From positions 6,180 through 70,179 of the forward strand of contig JAXGOY010000004.1 of the NCBI GenBank assembly GCA_040767225.1: a DNA stretch of 64,000 nucleotides, read 5' to 3'. Below the pieces are notes generated by a model. That model was not told where the DNA came from. It was given only the letters and a program-made list of their open reading frames with translations, and ran no database searches. Shown here piece by piece: positions 21,483 to 31,117 of this stretch (positions within the stretch are counted from its first letter, which is position 1; each line of letters begins with the position of its first letter). The translations under genes and the position numbers were made by a program. This DNA comes from Candidatus Dojkabacteria bacterium. GTDB lineage: Bacteria > Patescibacteriota > Dojkabacteria > SC72.

Positions 21483-23093
21483 TTAAATTTCTTTTGACAT
21501 ATACAGTAGTCCATCAGTAAATTGAAGCTTTCTATAATACTGTCTTGTGCCTACTGCAGATATTACAGATATTTTTCTAAAACCATTTCTCTTTGAAATA
21601 TCTTCTGCTATTTTAATCATCTTTCTGCCTAAACCAAGATGTTGTACATTACCATTATCTTTTTCTCCAATATTTACAACATTACCATATACATGTACCT
21701 CCCTTATAACAGAGGAATTCTTTAATTCATCAATAAATGGTTCTCTCAAAGGAATTGATAATCTTAAAAATGAGCATATCTTATCATTATCTTTTGTTTT
21801 GTAAGAGATAAAATACTCTTCTGAAACAGATGTTTTGTAAGTTATTATCTCTAACTGTAAGTTGTTTAGTACAATACTCTCATCTTTTATCTCTCTGCTT
21901 CTAATATCTTGAAGCTTTTTCCCTTTCTTTAATATCTCCTTTTCTGCTATTTCTCTAAAGTTACTTATTTTATTCCCACTTATAATCTCCCCTGCAGGAA
22001 TATCTCTAACAATTCTTGATAATCTACAATATCTTGGAGTAAGAGGGAGTATTGATGTAAAAAGGGAAAGAAGCTCATTATATGTATATGGAGTATATTT
22101 TCCTTCATTAAAGTATTTCTCTAATATTGTGTTCTTTATAATAGATGTAGGATATATCTTTAATTCATCAGGACAGAAGTCCTTGCTCCAAAGTTTTTTA
22201 AAATCTTTAATATCCTCCTTAACAGTTGAGCCATACAAATTAGGCATCCAATGAGCATGAATTTTAAATCCTGCGAGTCTAAGAAGTTCAAAAGCCTTTT
22301 CTGTTTCTTTAACTGTATGACCTCGATTATTAAGCTTAAGTATTTCGTCATTAAGACTCTGTACCCCTATCTGTATTTTTGTTGCTCCAAGTTTTCTTAA
22401 TCTTACAATTTCATCTTTTGTAATGTAATCTGGTCTTGTTTCAAATACTAGTCCTACATTTCTGCATTTAGAAATCTCATTTATTTTTTGAGAGTTAAAA
22501 AGATCTTCCCATGTTATATTTTCAATACCACTGTCTTTTTCATATGAAGTTTCCTCAAAACTATTCATTGCATCAAAACATCTTTTAGTAAACCAGATTA
22601 GATAGTCTTGCGGATATACTGAACAGGTTCCTCCGAGGATAATTAGTTCTATTTTATCTGTACTATGCCCTATATTTTGTAATGCTAATATTCTGTTGTA
22701 TGTTTGAAGATATGGATCAAAGTTATTCTTTAATGCTCTTTGTGCTCCTGGTTCCGATGATATGTAAGATTTAGGCATATTAGGTTCATTTGGGCAGAAT
22801 ATACAGTTTCCTGGACACATATATGGTTTCATCATTACAGTAACTGTTGCTACACCAGAGTGTGTTCTTGTTGGCTTCATCCTTATTCTTTTCTCTACCA
22901 TTTTATCAGGGTGTATCTTCTTTTCATCAGTTAGTTTTTTATACTCCCTTACTAATTCATCATGTCTGTAAAGGCCTTTTCCTTCTTTAGGATACTTTTT
23001 AAGTATTTTTTGCAAAGAGTCTTTATCCCATTTACTTTTACTTTGTATTTCTTTAAATATATTTTCAAAATCATTCATGCACAAATTATACAT
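21483..23093 (-). CDS. elp3: Elp3-like radical SAM / GNAT acetyltransferase (tRNA wobble-U modification family)
   Basis: Radical-SAM Cys cluster CPGNCIFCPNEP..SEPGAQRA; C-terminal GNAT GLGRKMIKIAEDISKRNGFRKISVISAVGTRQYYRKLQF matches the Elp3 C-terminus. Confidence 0.8.
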   Translation of the reverse strand: MYNLCMNDFENIFKEIQSKSKWDKDSLQKILKKYPKEGKGLYRHDELVREYKKLTDEKKIHPDKMVEKRIRMKPTRTHSGVATVTVMMKPYMCPGNCIFCPNEPNMPKSYISSEPGAQRALKNNFDPYLQTYNRILALQNIGHSTDKIELIILGGTCSVYPQDYLIWFTKRCFDAMNSFEETSYEKDSGIENITWEDLFNSQKINEISKCRNVGLVFETRPDYITKDEIVRLRKLGATKIQIGVQSLNDEILKLNNRGHTVKETEKAFELLRLAGFKIHAHWMPNLYGSTVKEDIKDFKKLWSKDFCPDELKIYPTSIIKNTILEKYFNEGKYTPYTYNELLSLFTSILPLTPRYCRLSRIVRDIPAGEIISGNKISNFREIAEKEILKKGKKLQDIRSREIKDESIVLNNLQLEIITYKTSVSEEYFISYKTKDNDKICSFLRLSIPLREPFIDELKNSSVIREVHVYGNVVNIGEKDNGNVQHLGLGRKMIKIAEDISKRNGFRKISVISAVGTRQYYRKLQFTDGLLYMSKEI

Positions 23094-23135
23094 TAGATGT
23101 GATACAATAACTAAATAATTTGATATATAAATAGT

Positions 23136-23732
23136 ATGTTGGAAAAGAACAAAGAGAAGACTTTAGTAATATTTAAACCTGATGTCTTACAAAGACAAAT
23201 AGTAGGGGAGATAATTAGTAGGTTTGAGAGAAAGGGATTTAAGATTGTAGCTATGAAAATGCTTACTCCTAGTAGAGAAATGGTAGGAAAGCATTACAGC
23301 GATGATCCTAAATATTTAATTGAAACAGGTGAAAAGGCTAAAAAGGGAGCTGAAGCAAGAGGTGAGGACACTTCTAGCTGGGATTCTCTTGAGAGAGGAA
23401 AGTGGATTAGGGAGTCAAATATTAATTATTTAACTTGTGGCCCTGTGCTTGTAATGGTTCTTCAAGGTTTTGGTGTAATTGCAGGTGTAAGAAAGATGCT
23501 TGGGAGTACAAGTCCTGCAGATGGTGATGTTGGTACAATTAGGGCTGATTACTCTCTTGATTCTTTTGCTCTCGCAGATGAACAGGGCAGGGTTACAAGG
23601 TCTATGCTTCATGCTTCTGATAGTGTAGAGAATGCAGAAAGGGAGATTGGGATATGGTTTAATGCAACAGAGATATCAGAGTATGAGACAGCTGCAGAAA
23701 AGATCTTTTATGATGTAAGCTGGTCTGATTAG
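23136..23732 (+). CDS. ndk: Nucleoside diphosphate kinase with about 45 aa internal insertion
   Basis: LVIFKPDVLQRQIVGEIISRFERKGFKIVAMK and active-site region HASDSVENAEREIGIWF. 198 aa against the usual roughly 140. Confidence 0.8.
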   Translation: MLEKNKEKTLVIFKPDVLQRQIVGEIISRFERKGFKIVAMKMLTPSREMVGKHYSDDPKYLIETGEKAKKGAEARGEDTSSWDSLERGKWIRESNINYLTCGPVLVMVLQGFGVIAGVRKMLGSTSPADGDVGTIRADYSLDSFALADEQGRVTRSMLHASDSVENAEREIGIWFNATEISEYETAAEKIFYDVSWSD

Positions 23733-24367
23733 AGTTTAAGTATTTCGTTAATTAAAAGCTGTTTTTCTTTTTGATTATCGTCTTCATTTTCTAAAGGCTG
23801 TATTTTACCATCAAGAAAATCTTTAAGTTTATAGAAGTCTTCTTGTAGTGTTTCTTTAAGAGTAGGGTTGTAAAGAGCAGCTGCAGGGTGATACATTGCA
23901 AAAACAGGAATACCACTACTGTGTATAAATACTTGCCCATGGGCTATTGATACATGCTCTTGTGGTAAGAATCTTTCTAATGCATGTCTTCCAAGAGCAA
24001 CAATCACTTTAGGTTTAATAAAGAGAAGTTCTGCATTTACCCATACCCTGCATGCTTCTTTTTCTTCTGGTAAAGGTTCTCTATTTTCTGGTGGTCTGTA
24101 TTTAACTACATTTGTTACATACACATCTTCTCTTGTATATCCAATACTTCTTAGCATTTCATCTAACAATTTTCCTGCCGCTCCTACAAAAGGTTTCCCT
24201 TGTTTATCTTCATTTACTCCAGGTGCTTCTCCAATGAATACTATTCCTGATTTAGGAGGTGTTAGTTCATATACAGGTTGTGTTGCATATTTTTTTAATG
24301 TACAGCTGTTGTGCAGTGCAAAGTACTCATGTATTTCTTTTAGGCTCTTAAAATCTTCAAGTTTCAT
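23729..24367 (-). CDS. Uracil-DNA glycosylase, family 4
   Basis: GEAPGVNEDKQGKPFVGAAGKLL family-4 UDG motif. Confidence 0.85.
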   Translation of the reverse strand: MKLEDFKSLKEIHEYFALHNSCTLKKYATQPVYELTPPKSGIVFIGEAPGVNEDKQGKPFVGAAGKLLDEMLRSIGYTREDVYVTNVVKYRPPENREPLPEEKEACRVWVNAELLFIKPKVIVALGRHALERFLPQEHVSIAHGQVFIHSSGIPVFAMYHPAAALYNPTLKETLQEDFYKLKDFLDGKIQPLENEDDNQKEKQLLINEILKL

Positions 24368-24413
24368 CTCTTTTATTATATATTAATTTATTGTTTAGTG
24401 TATAATTAGCAGT

Positions 24414-25421
24414 ATGAAAAAGAATGAATACAAAGTACATGTTTTTACTGGTATAAGGCCATCAGGTGGTCTTACGATTGCAAATGTAATTGGTTCTGTT
24501 AATACCATTGTGTCTTTACAGAAAGAAAAAAAGATAGAAAGGCCTATGGTTTTTGTAGCAGATCTTCATGCAATTACTGATGCAAAACCTGAGGATACTC
24601 AAAAGTATGTAGTGGATATTATTAAGGATTATTTCGCTCTTGGTCTTGATAAAGATAATTGTGATGTGTTTATACAATCTCATCTGATTGAAGAGATTTC
24701 TGAACTTAATCTATACCTTTCTAGGTTAATTAGTATTTCAGAGCTTTTAAGAGTACCTACTCTAAAAGAAAAAATAAAGAGAAATATTGATGTATCTAAT
24801 GCTTCTTTACTCCTTGCAATGTATCCAGTTATGATGTCTTGTGATATTCTGCTTCAGAAGGCAGAGTATGTTCCAGTTGGAGAGGATCAGAGTGCTCATA
24901 TTGAAATGGCAAGATATCTAGCAAAAAGATTTAATAGTGAGCATGAAGAGGTATTTCCAATGCCTAAGATGCTCTCGTTGGGTGAGCCAGTAAGGATTAT
25001 GTCACTGATTGGTGAAGGTAAAATGAGTAAGAGTAATCCTAATGGAGCAATACTGCTTGATGATCCAGTAGATGTTTCATTGAATAAAGTAAAGAGGGCA
25101 CAGAGTGCATTTGCTGGTGAGATGTCAGAGTCTTTAGATTCATTGATTAAAATAGGGAAGTTTGTTTCTGATGAAAGTGGTCAGAAAAAGATTGATGAGC
25201 TTGTAAGTAAGCATATGAATGGAGAGGGTGTTATGAAAGAGTTAAAGGATGTAATAATGGAGTCTTTAAGGAAGTATTTAACAGATTTTCAAGAGAAGAA
25301 ATCACAAATGTCTGATTCTGAAGTTTTAGAAATAGCTGAAAAAGGAGGAATGATTGCAAAGAAGAATGCTAAAGAAACTATACAGGAAGTAAGAGATGCT
25401 GTTGGTTTGAAGTATATTTGA
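24414..25421 (+). CDS. trpS: Tryptophan--tRNA ligase
   Basis: Class I aaRS: HIGH-region-like FTGIRPSGGLTIANVIGSV; KMSKS present; 335 aa. Confidence 0.9.
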   Translation: MKKNEYKVHVFTGIRPSGGLTIANVIGSVNTIVSLQKEKKIERPMVFVADLHAITDAKPEDTQKYVVDIIKDYFALGLDKDNCDVFIQSHLIEEISELNLYLSRLISISELLRVPTLKEKIKRNIDVSNASLLLAMYPVMMSCDILLQKAEYVPVGEDQSAHIEMARYLAKRFNSEHEEVFPMPKMLSLGEPVRIMSLIGEGKMSKSNPNGAILLDDPVDVSLNKVKRAQSAFAGEMSESLDSLIKIGKFVSDESGQKKIDELVSKHMNGEGVMKELKDVIMESLRKYLTDFQEKKSQMSDSEVLEIAEKGGMIAKKNAKETIQEVRDAVGLKYI

Positions 25422-25429
25422 TTTTTTGT

Positions 25430-26134
25430 ATGGCAAATGAAGGTCGATTCTGTTTACAGGATGTAAGAGATATTATAACTACGAGAAAAGGGTTACTGTT
25501 TGATTTTGATGGTACATTAGTTAATCTTGATAAACTAAATGTTGATGCATATGCTTTTGTGTTTAAGGAGATGTTTAATCTTAATTTTACTAGAGATGAT
25601 TTTATGAAATATATTTCAGGAAGAGGATCAAGGGAAGGAATAATAGAGTATTTAGCTTCTAAGGGTATTACAGAGTTTTCAAGTCAAGAATTAAACGATG
25701 ATTTGTTTTATAAACACAAGAATGAATTAATTAAGGAAAAGATGAATAGTGAGATATATTTACTACCAGGTATTAAAGATTTTTTAGAGAGTAGTATTAT
25801 TGAAAAGAAGAGAAAAGTAATTATTACCTCATCTAGAAAAGGTCATGTAGGGAATATTCTTACCCATTTTGGGATATATAGCTACTTTGAAAAAGTAATT
25901 GACAAAGATTTGATGTTGTTAAAGGTAAGCCTAGTCCTGAGGCATATCTTAAGGGGTTGGAGTATTTGGGCTATACAGAAACAGAGTGTGTTGCATTTGA
26001 AGATTCTTTTGGGTTTACAAGCATCTAAGGGAGCAGACATTTTTACAATTGGAATTTTAAACGATGGCTGGAATGATGATTTTGTATATCAATTATCTGA
26101 TTTTGTTATTGATGATTACAGAGTTCTTATTTAA
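25430..26134 (+). CDS. HAD-superfamily hydrolase (beta-phosphoglucomutase-like) with compensated internal frameshift
   Basis: Motif I FDFDGTL in the ORF frame. Motifs III/IV (VVKGKPSPEAYL...FEDS) are encoded in an alternative frame for about 100 nt (25909-26014); the ORF frame resumes at GLQASKGADIFTIGI. Confidence 0.7.
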   Translation: MANEGRFCLQDVRDIITTRKGLLFDFDGTLVNLDKLNVDAYAFVFKEMFNLNFTRDDFMKYISGRGSREGIIEYLASKGITEFSSQELNDDLFYKHKNELIKEKMNSEIYLLPGIKDFLESSIIEKKRKVIITSSRKGHVGNILTHFGIYSYFEKVIDKDLMLLKVSLVLRHILRGWSIWAIQKQSVLHLKILLGLQASKGADIFTIGILNDGWNDDFVYQLSDFVIDDYRVLI

Positions 26135-26142
26135 ACATCCCC

Positions 26143-27456
26143 TTATACTAATACATTACCAATATGTTCTGGATTTTGTAAAAACATCTCTTTACTCATG
26201 GAAATACCATTGTAAAAGTAATCAACATAACCCATTCCTAAAGCATCTCTTCCAAGTAATTTCTGTGTGCAGTAAGAAACTCTGTTCCACCATATTCCAT
26301 CATCACTGTTTTTACCAAAGGTATGTCCTCCTTTAAAGAATTTTAAGGATTCAAGTATATCCATGCGATCTCTGTATCTCATTAATGTCCATACTCCTAC
26401 CTCTATACTTACTTTATCATTGTTATAAAGGTCGCCATATGTATGGTTAGTTCCATGTACCGCATTGTAGTCTTCTAAATGTCTCCATTGAGGAACAAGC
26501 TGATACCATCCTAATGCTCCTGAATCTTGTGATTCTTTGTATATTCCTCCACTACTTTCTGTCATTGCTACAGATACAAAAAGTGCTGCAAGTTCTGCTC
26601 TACTAAGTTTGGGATTTCTGTTATTTTCATCATTGTAATATTTATCGGCTTCACTGATAAATACTTCTTTAGCATATTTAATATTTGTTTCAGGCCAGTA
26701 TTGTACTGCTTTATTAAGAACTTCTTCTGCAGATTTATCTGTATTTTCTTTTCCCTCAAGGACATTTAATGTTTTTTGATATAGCTCATAATTAGATCTT
26801 AAATAACTGTAGTCATCAATATTTAAATTGTTTTTAACAACATTTATTAACTCACCTGTTTGGTCATAATACTGTGCTAGAACTAAAGTGAACATATCTT
26901 TGTTCTTTCCATCATTCTTTATATTTTGTAATGCATACATAATACTTTCCTTTCCCATTAGTATATTGATAAAAGAGTCTTCAAATTGCTGTAGGGAGTA
27001 TAGTTTAGAATCATTTGTCATTTTCTTTATAGCTGCTTGTGCATGAGCTGGATAAAGCTGCATAGGGCCTGTTCTTTGGTAGTATGGGTCTTTATTTGGG
27101 TCTTTTATTTCCCAATTATTTAAGTTTGCAGTTATTATTGAAGATATTATTGTTCTCATTGCATTGCTATCAACTTTATAATCTCTTTCAGCATACTGTG
27201 AAGCTGTATCAATAGATGGTATATATTGCTCAAATTCAGGATATTGATTTTTAAATCTATCATATGAGAAGAGACCTGTTTCTCTTTCATGTAAAAGATA
27301 TTGTTTGTTTAGTTCCTGTATATTATCTTTAAGATTGTCTTTTTCTGATTCAGTTCCAAATGTATTTTTAGGTGCACATCCTCCAAAGGCCAATGCAGCT
27401 ACCGAGACACCTAAAAATTTAAGGAAATCTCTCCTATTCATTTTTGTTTCAGCCAT
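26143..27456 (-). CDS. Lytic transglycosylase (SLT domain) lipoprotein with Tat-like signal
   Basis: N-terminus MAETKMNRRDFLKFLGVSVAALAFGGC (RRxFLK plus lipobox-like Cys); C-terminal SLT motif ESSGG...SGALGWYQL. Start chosen at the internal Met. Confidence 0.65.
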   Translation of the reverse strand: MAETKMNRRDFLKFLGVSVAALAFGGCAPKNTFGTESEKDNLKDNIQELNKQYLLHERETGLFSYDRFKNQYPEFEQYIPSIDTASQYAERDYKVDSNAMRTIISSIITANLNNWEIKDPNKDPYYQRTGPMQLYPAHAQAAIKKMTNDSKLYSLQQFEDSFINILMGKESIMYALQNIKNDGKNKDMFTLVLAQYYDQTGELINVVKNNLNIDDYSYLRSNYELYQKTLNVLEGKENTDKSAEEVLNKAVQYWPETNIKYAKEVFISEADKYYNDENNRNPKLSRAELAALFVSVAMTESSGGIYKESQDSGALGWYQLVPQWRHLEDYNAVHGTNHTYGDLYNNDKVSIEVGVWTLMRYRDRMDILESLKFFKGGHTFGKNSDDGIWWNRVSYCTQKLLGRDALGMGYVDYFYNGISMSKEMFLQNPEHIGNVLV

Positions 27457-27659
27457 CTTAGAGAGTGGATTAACTGTGTTCTCTTCTGTATTTACTTTTG
27501 TATTTCCTTTATCTACAAGGTCAACCTTAGGTATAGTTTTGTCATTTTCAATTTCTTCCATGTATATACATTATCAGAAAAGGTATGCAGTAGGAAATAT
27601 GGATGTAATACTATAGGGGAAAGTGGTATAATAACCTGTTTATTTGTTATTTTATTCAT

Positions 27660-28142
27660 ATGTCTATTGAGAATAATGCTGAAAATATACAGGATGATGT
27701 TACTATGGAGTTCCCATGTATTACTGTTGAGAATGATAAAAATACCATATTCTCATGGGAAGATGATGGACTTAAAAAACCTTCTTCTGATAGAGCATTT
27801 GCAATACAAACAGAAAATATGCCGTCAAACTCCCTTCCTCTTTTATTTCAAATAACTAATGTAAATGAAAAGAGTGCTGAAGCGAGTAAGAGATTATGGA
27901 AGCTTCATATGTGCAATCCTGAGGTATATGAAGTTTTGGTTAGTACAGGGTTAGGAATTGTGGAAGAGGTTAATACAATATTTTTTACTGATAAAACACC
28001 TATTTCTGCTTTCTCCAAAGTAGTTAAAATTGAAAATGATTATTATAGAATCACATACATGCCTGAGAGTGTAAAACTGATAGATGGTACTTCTATGAGA
28101 GATAATTATGTAAATAGAATAGAAAAAAAGAGAAGGAGATAG
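27660..28142 (+). CDS. Hypothetical protein (paralog of next gene)
   Basis: 160 aa; C-terminal TYMPESVKLIDGTSMRDNYVN aligns with TYMSEHIVLPSGYSMRDVYSD of 28174-28683. Confidence 0.5.
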   Translation: MSIENNAENIQDDVTMEFPCITVENDKNTIFSWEDDGLKKPSSDRAFAIQTENMPSNSLPLLFQITNVNEKSAEASKRLWKLHMCNPEVYEVLVSTGLGIVEEVNTIFFTDKTPISAFSKVVKIENDYYRITYMPESVKLIDGTSMRDNYVNRIEKKRRR

Positions 28143-28173
28143 ATATCTGTTCTAAGCTTTAAGTAATACATGT

Positions 28174-28683
28174 ATGTCATTTGAGGACAATTTCGAAGAA
28201 GAAGGACCTTTTGATGTTACAGATTACTTTGATAGCAGAGGATATCGTATTCGTGGATTGGCATTTCCATTGGGAGGAGACTATTTATATTTTTATAGTT
28301 TACTAAAGAAAGGTTCAGATATACCATTTGCATTTTGGACATATGGTATGGTTACTCCATATTTGTTTAAACTCTCTCCTAATGGGGTGGAAAAGAAAGA
28401 TATTCCTAATATTTTAAGAGCGGTAGATTTAAGAGATGAGGAAACAGCAATGGATTTGTTATTTACATCTATAAAGATAGCAGACAAAATGGATAGGGCA
28501 GAGAACAAAATTACAGCAATGACTCCTTGGGTGTTAAATAAAGAGACAATTGATATACTTGGTATTGAGTTTGATGTTACATATATGTCAGAACATATTG
28601 TTCTTCCTTCAGGTTATTCAATGAGAGATGTTTATTCAGATGAAATTGTTGATAGATATGAGGGTTTCTATCATGGTCATTGA
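28174..28683 (+). CDS. Hypothetical protein (paralog of previous gene)
   Basis: 169 aa; shared C-terminal motif with 27660-28142. Confidence 0.5.
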   Translation: MSFEDNFEEEGPFDVTDYFDSRGYRIRGLAFPLGGDYLYFYSLLKKGSDIPFAFWTYGMVTPYLFKLSPNGVEKKDIPNILRAVDLRDEETAMDLLFTSIKIADKMDRAENKITAMTPWVLNKETIDILGIEFDVTYMSEHIVLPSGYSMRDVYSDEIVDRYEGFYHGH

Positions 28684-28741
28684 AGTTTTTAAAGGGAGAA
28701 AAGTATAATATGTTATTAAATAATTTTATATTATAAATATA

Positions 28742-29299
28742 ATGACAGAGTTTGAAAGTAAAGAAAGAGATGAACTTAACCATGACTTTGAATTTATTTC
28801 TCTTAAAGATTTTGAAGGGTTAAGTGAAATAGAAATTACTCCATATGAAGGGGAGGGTGAGATGTCATTTTCATCAAAGTATGATAGGCAGAAAGTTGAG
28901 TATTTAAACGGCATTGGGGTAACTGTACCTAATGAGATGTTTAAAGAAAATGGAGAAGTTATAGAGAATTGTCAAGCATTAGTTAGTACTATGTTTATAA
29001 CAACAGGGCATATATTAGCCATGGAGAAAGCTAGGAGGGTTTTAATAGAGAGTAATCCTGAAAATTATCAAGAGAGATTTAATCAATTAGTAAAAGATTC
29101 TAATGTTTTTTTGCTTGATAGGGTAGATATGTGTGGTAGAAGAACTGAAATATTATATGGTACCATGTTTGAAGATATTAAAAGAGGTTTAGGTTTTTCT
29201 GCTAATCCTCAGAGAAAAGTTTCTAGAGAGGAGCTTCATTATATTGTAGGTTATGTATTTGATTCTTTGAAAAAGCAAAAAGAAGAAGATTTTGTTTAA
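28742..29299 (+). CDS. Hypothetical protein
   Basis: 185 aa ORF, no recognised motif. Confidence 0.5.
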   Translation: MTEFESKERDELNHDFEFISLKDFEGLSEIEITPYEGEGEMSFSSKYDRQKVEYLNGIGVTVPNEMFKENGEVIENCQALVSTMFITTGHILAMEKARRVLIESNPENYQERFNQLVKDSNVFLLDRVDMCGRRTEILYGTMFEDIKRGLGFSANPQRKVSREELHYIVGYVFDSLKKQKEEDFV

Positions 29300-29377
29300 C
29301 AATTAATATATAGAGGTTGTGTTGAAAAATTTCTCTACTTGTATTAAAGTAAGGTTCTGTATTTGAATGTTGCTTAT

Positions 29378-31117
29378 ATGCTGAAACTTTTTAAATATTT
29401 AAAACCGTATATTCTTCATATTCTTATCCTTATTGGACTTACATATGTTCAAGTTATGGCAACTCTTAGGCTTCCTGATTATATGTCAGATATTGTTAAT
29501 ACAGGCATTATTGGTCAGGATATGGATTTCATATGGAATACAGGTCTTAAAATGCTTGGTGTTACAGCAATTGGTGCTTTGTGTGCTGTAATTAATGGGT
29601 ATTTAGCATCTAGAATCGGATCAGGGTTTTCTAAAACTATGAGAAGAGATGTATTTAGTAAGGTTGAATCTTTTTCTTTAGCGGAGTTTAACAAGTTTTC
29701 TATTGCTTCTCTTATTACTAGATCTACAAATGATATACAGCAGATACAGATGGTTTTAATTATGGCTATGAAAATTGTTCTTGCCGCCCCTATTATGGGT
29801 ATAGGTGCTGTACAAAAAGCATATGCTATTGCTCCATCAATGACATGGATTATGGCTATTGCTGTCGGTGTTCTTACTGCTTTAATTGTCTTTTTGTTTG
29901 TGTTTGCTGTTCCTAAATTTGAACTTATGCAGAAGTTAATTGATAAGTTGAATCTTTTTACTAGACAGAATCTTACTGGTATTAGAGTTATAAGGGCATT
30001 TAACAGACAGGAGTATGAGGCAGAGAATTTTGATGGATTAAACAAACAACTGTCTAAGGTACATCTTTTTGTTAACAGAGTACTTGGTATGATGCAGCCT
30101 GTAATGATGCTTGTTTTTAATATGACTACAATATTGATTGTATGGGTTGGGGCACATTTAATAGAGAAAAATAGTTTGTATGTAGGGGATATGATGGCAT
30201 TTATGCAGTATGCTATGCAGGTTATTATGGCATTTCTAATGATTTCTGTTATCTTTATTATTGTTCCTCGTGCTTCTGTTTCTATAAAGAGAATATCGGA
30301 GGTTTTAGATACCAAAATATCAATACTAGATCCTGACAAGCCAAAGAAACCAAAAGGAAAAACAAAGGGACTTGTTGAGTTTAAGAATGTTACATTTAAA
30401 TATCCAGATGCAGATGTTCCTGTTCTATACAATATTTCTTTTACTGCTAAACCGGGAGAAACTACTGCAATAATTGGAGGAACAGGGAGTGGAAAGTCTA
30501 CTGTAGTAAATTTGATACCAAGATTTTTTGATGTAACTTCTGGGCAGCTTCTTATAGATGGTATTAATGTTAAGGATATGAAACAGAAAGATTTAAGAAA
30601 AAGAATAGGGTACATACCTCAGAAGGGAGTTCTCTTTTCTGGAACAATTGAATCAAATATTAAGTATGGAAATCCTCGAGCAACTGATAAAGAGATGGAG
30701 AGAGCTGCAAGAATATCTCAGTCTATTGAGTTCATCTCAAAACTTGAAGAGAAGTATAACTATCCTATTGCACAAGGAGGGACTAATGTTTCAGGTGGTC
30801 AGAAACAAAGGCTTTCTATTGCAAGAGCAATGCTTATAAATCCTGATATCTATATCTTTGATGATAGTTTTTCTGCATTGGATTTTAAAACCTCTTCAAA
30901 GTTGTATAGAGATTTAAGAAAAGAAACTAAAGATGCAACTGTAATAATTGTTGCTCAAAGAATTGGTATGACTATTAATGCAGATCAGGTTATTGTTCTT
31001 GATGAAGGAAGAATTGTTGGTGTCGGAAAGCATAAAGAATTGCTTAAAACATGTAAGGTATACAAAGAGATTGCGTTATCTCAATTATCTCAGAAGGAGA
31101 TTGAAGAAAATGGATAA
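29378..31117 (+). CDS. ABC exporter, fused permease/ATP-binding (MsbA/MdlB type)
   Basis: Six-TM N-terminal domain; Walker A GGTGSGKST; signature VSGGQKQRLSIARA; Walker B IYIFDDSFSALD. Confidence 0.85.
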   Translation: MLKLFKYLKPYILHILILIGLTYVQVMATLRLPDYMSDIVNTGIIGQDMDFIWNTGLKMLGVTAIGALCAVINGYLASRIGSGFSKTMRRDVFSKVESFSLAEFNKFSIASLITRSTNDIQQIQMVLIMAMKIVLAAPIMGIGAVQKAYAIAPSMTWIMAIAVGVLTALIVFLFVFAVPKFELMQKLIDKLNLFTRQNLTGIRVIRAFNRQEYEAENFDGLNKQLSKVHLFVNRVLGMMQPVMMLVFNMTTILIVWVGAHLIEKNSLYVGDMMAFMQYAMQVIMAFLMISVIFIIVPRASVSIKRISEVLDTKISILDPDKPKKPKGKTKGLVEFKNVTFKYPDADVPVLYNISFTAKPGETTAIIGGTGSGKSTVVNLIPRFFDVTSGQLLIDGINVKDMKQKDLRKRIGYIPQKGVLFSGTIESNIKYGNPRATDKEMERAARISQSIEFISKLEEKYNYPIAQGGTNVSGGQKQRLSIARAMLINPDIYIFDDSFSALDFKTSSKLYRDLRKETKDATVIIVAQRIGMTINADQVIVLDEGRIVGVGKHKELLKTCKVYKEIALSQLSQKEIEENG

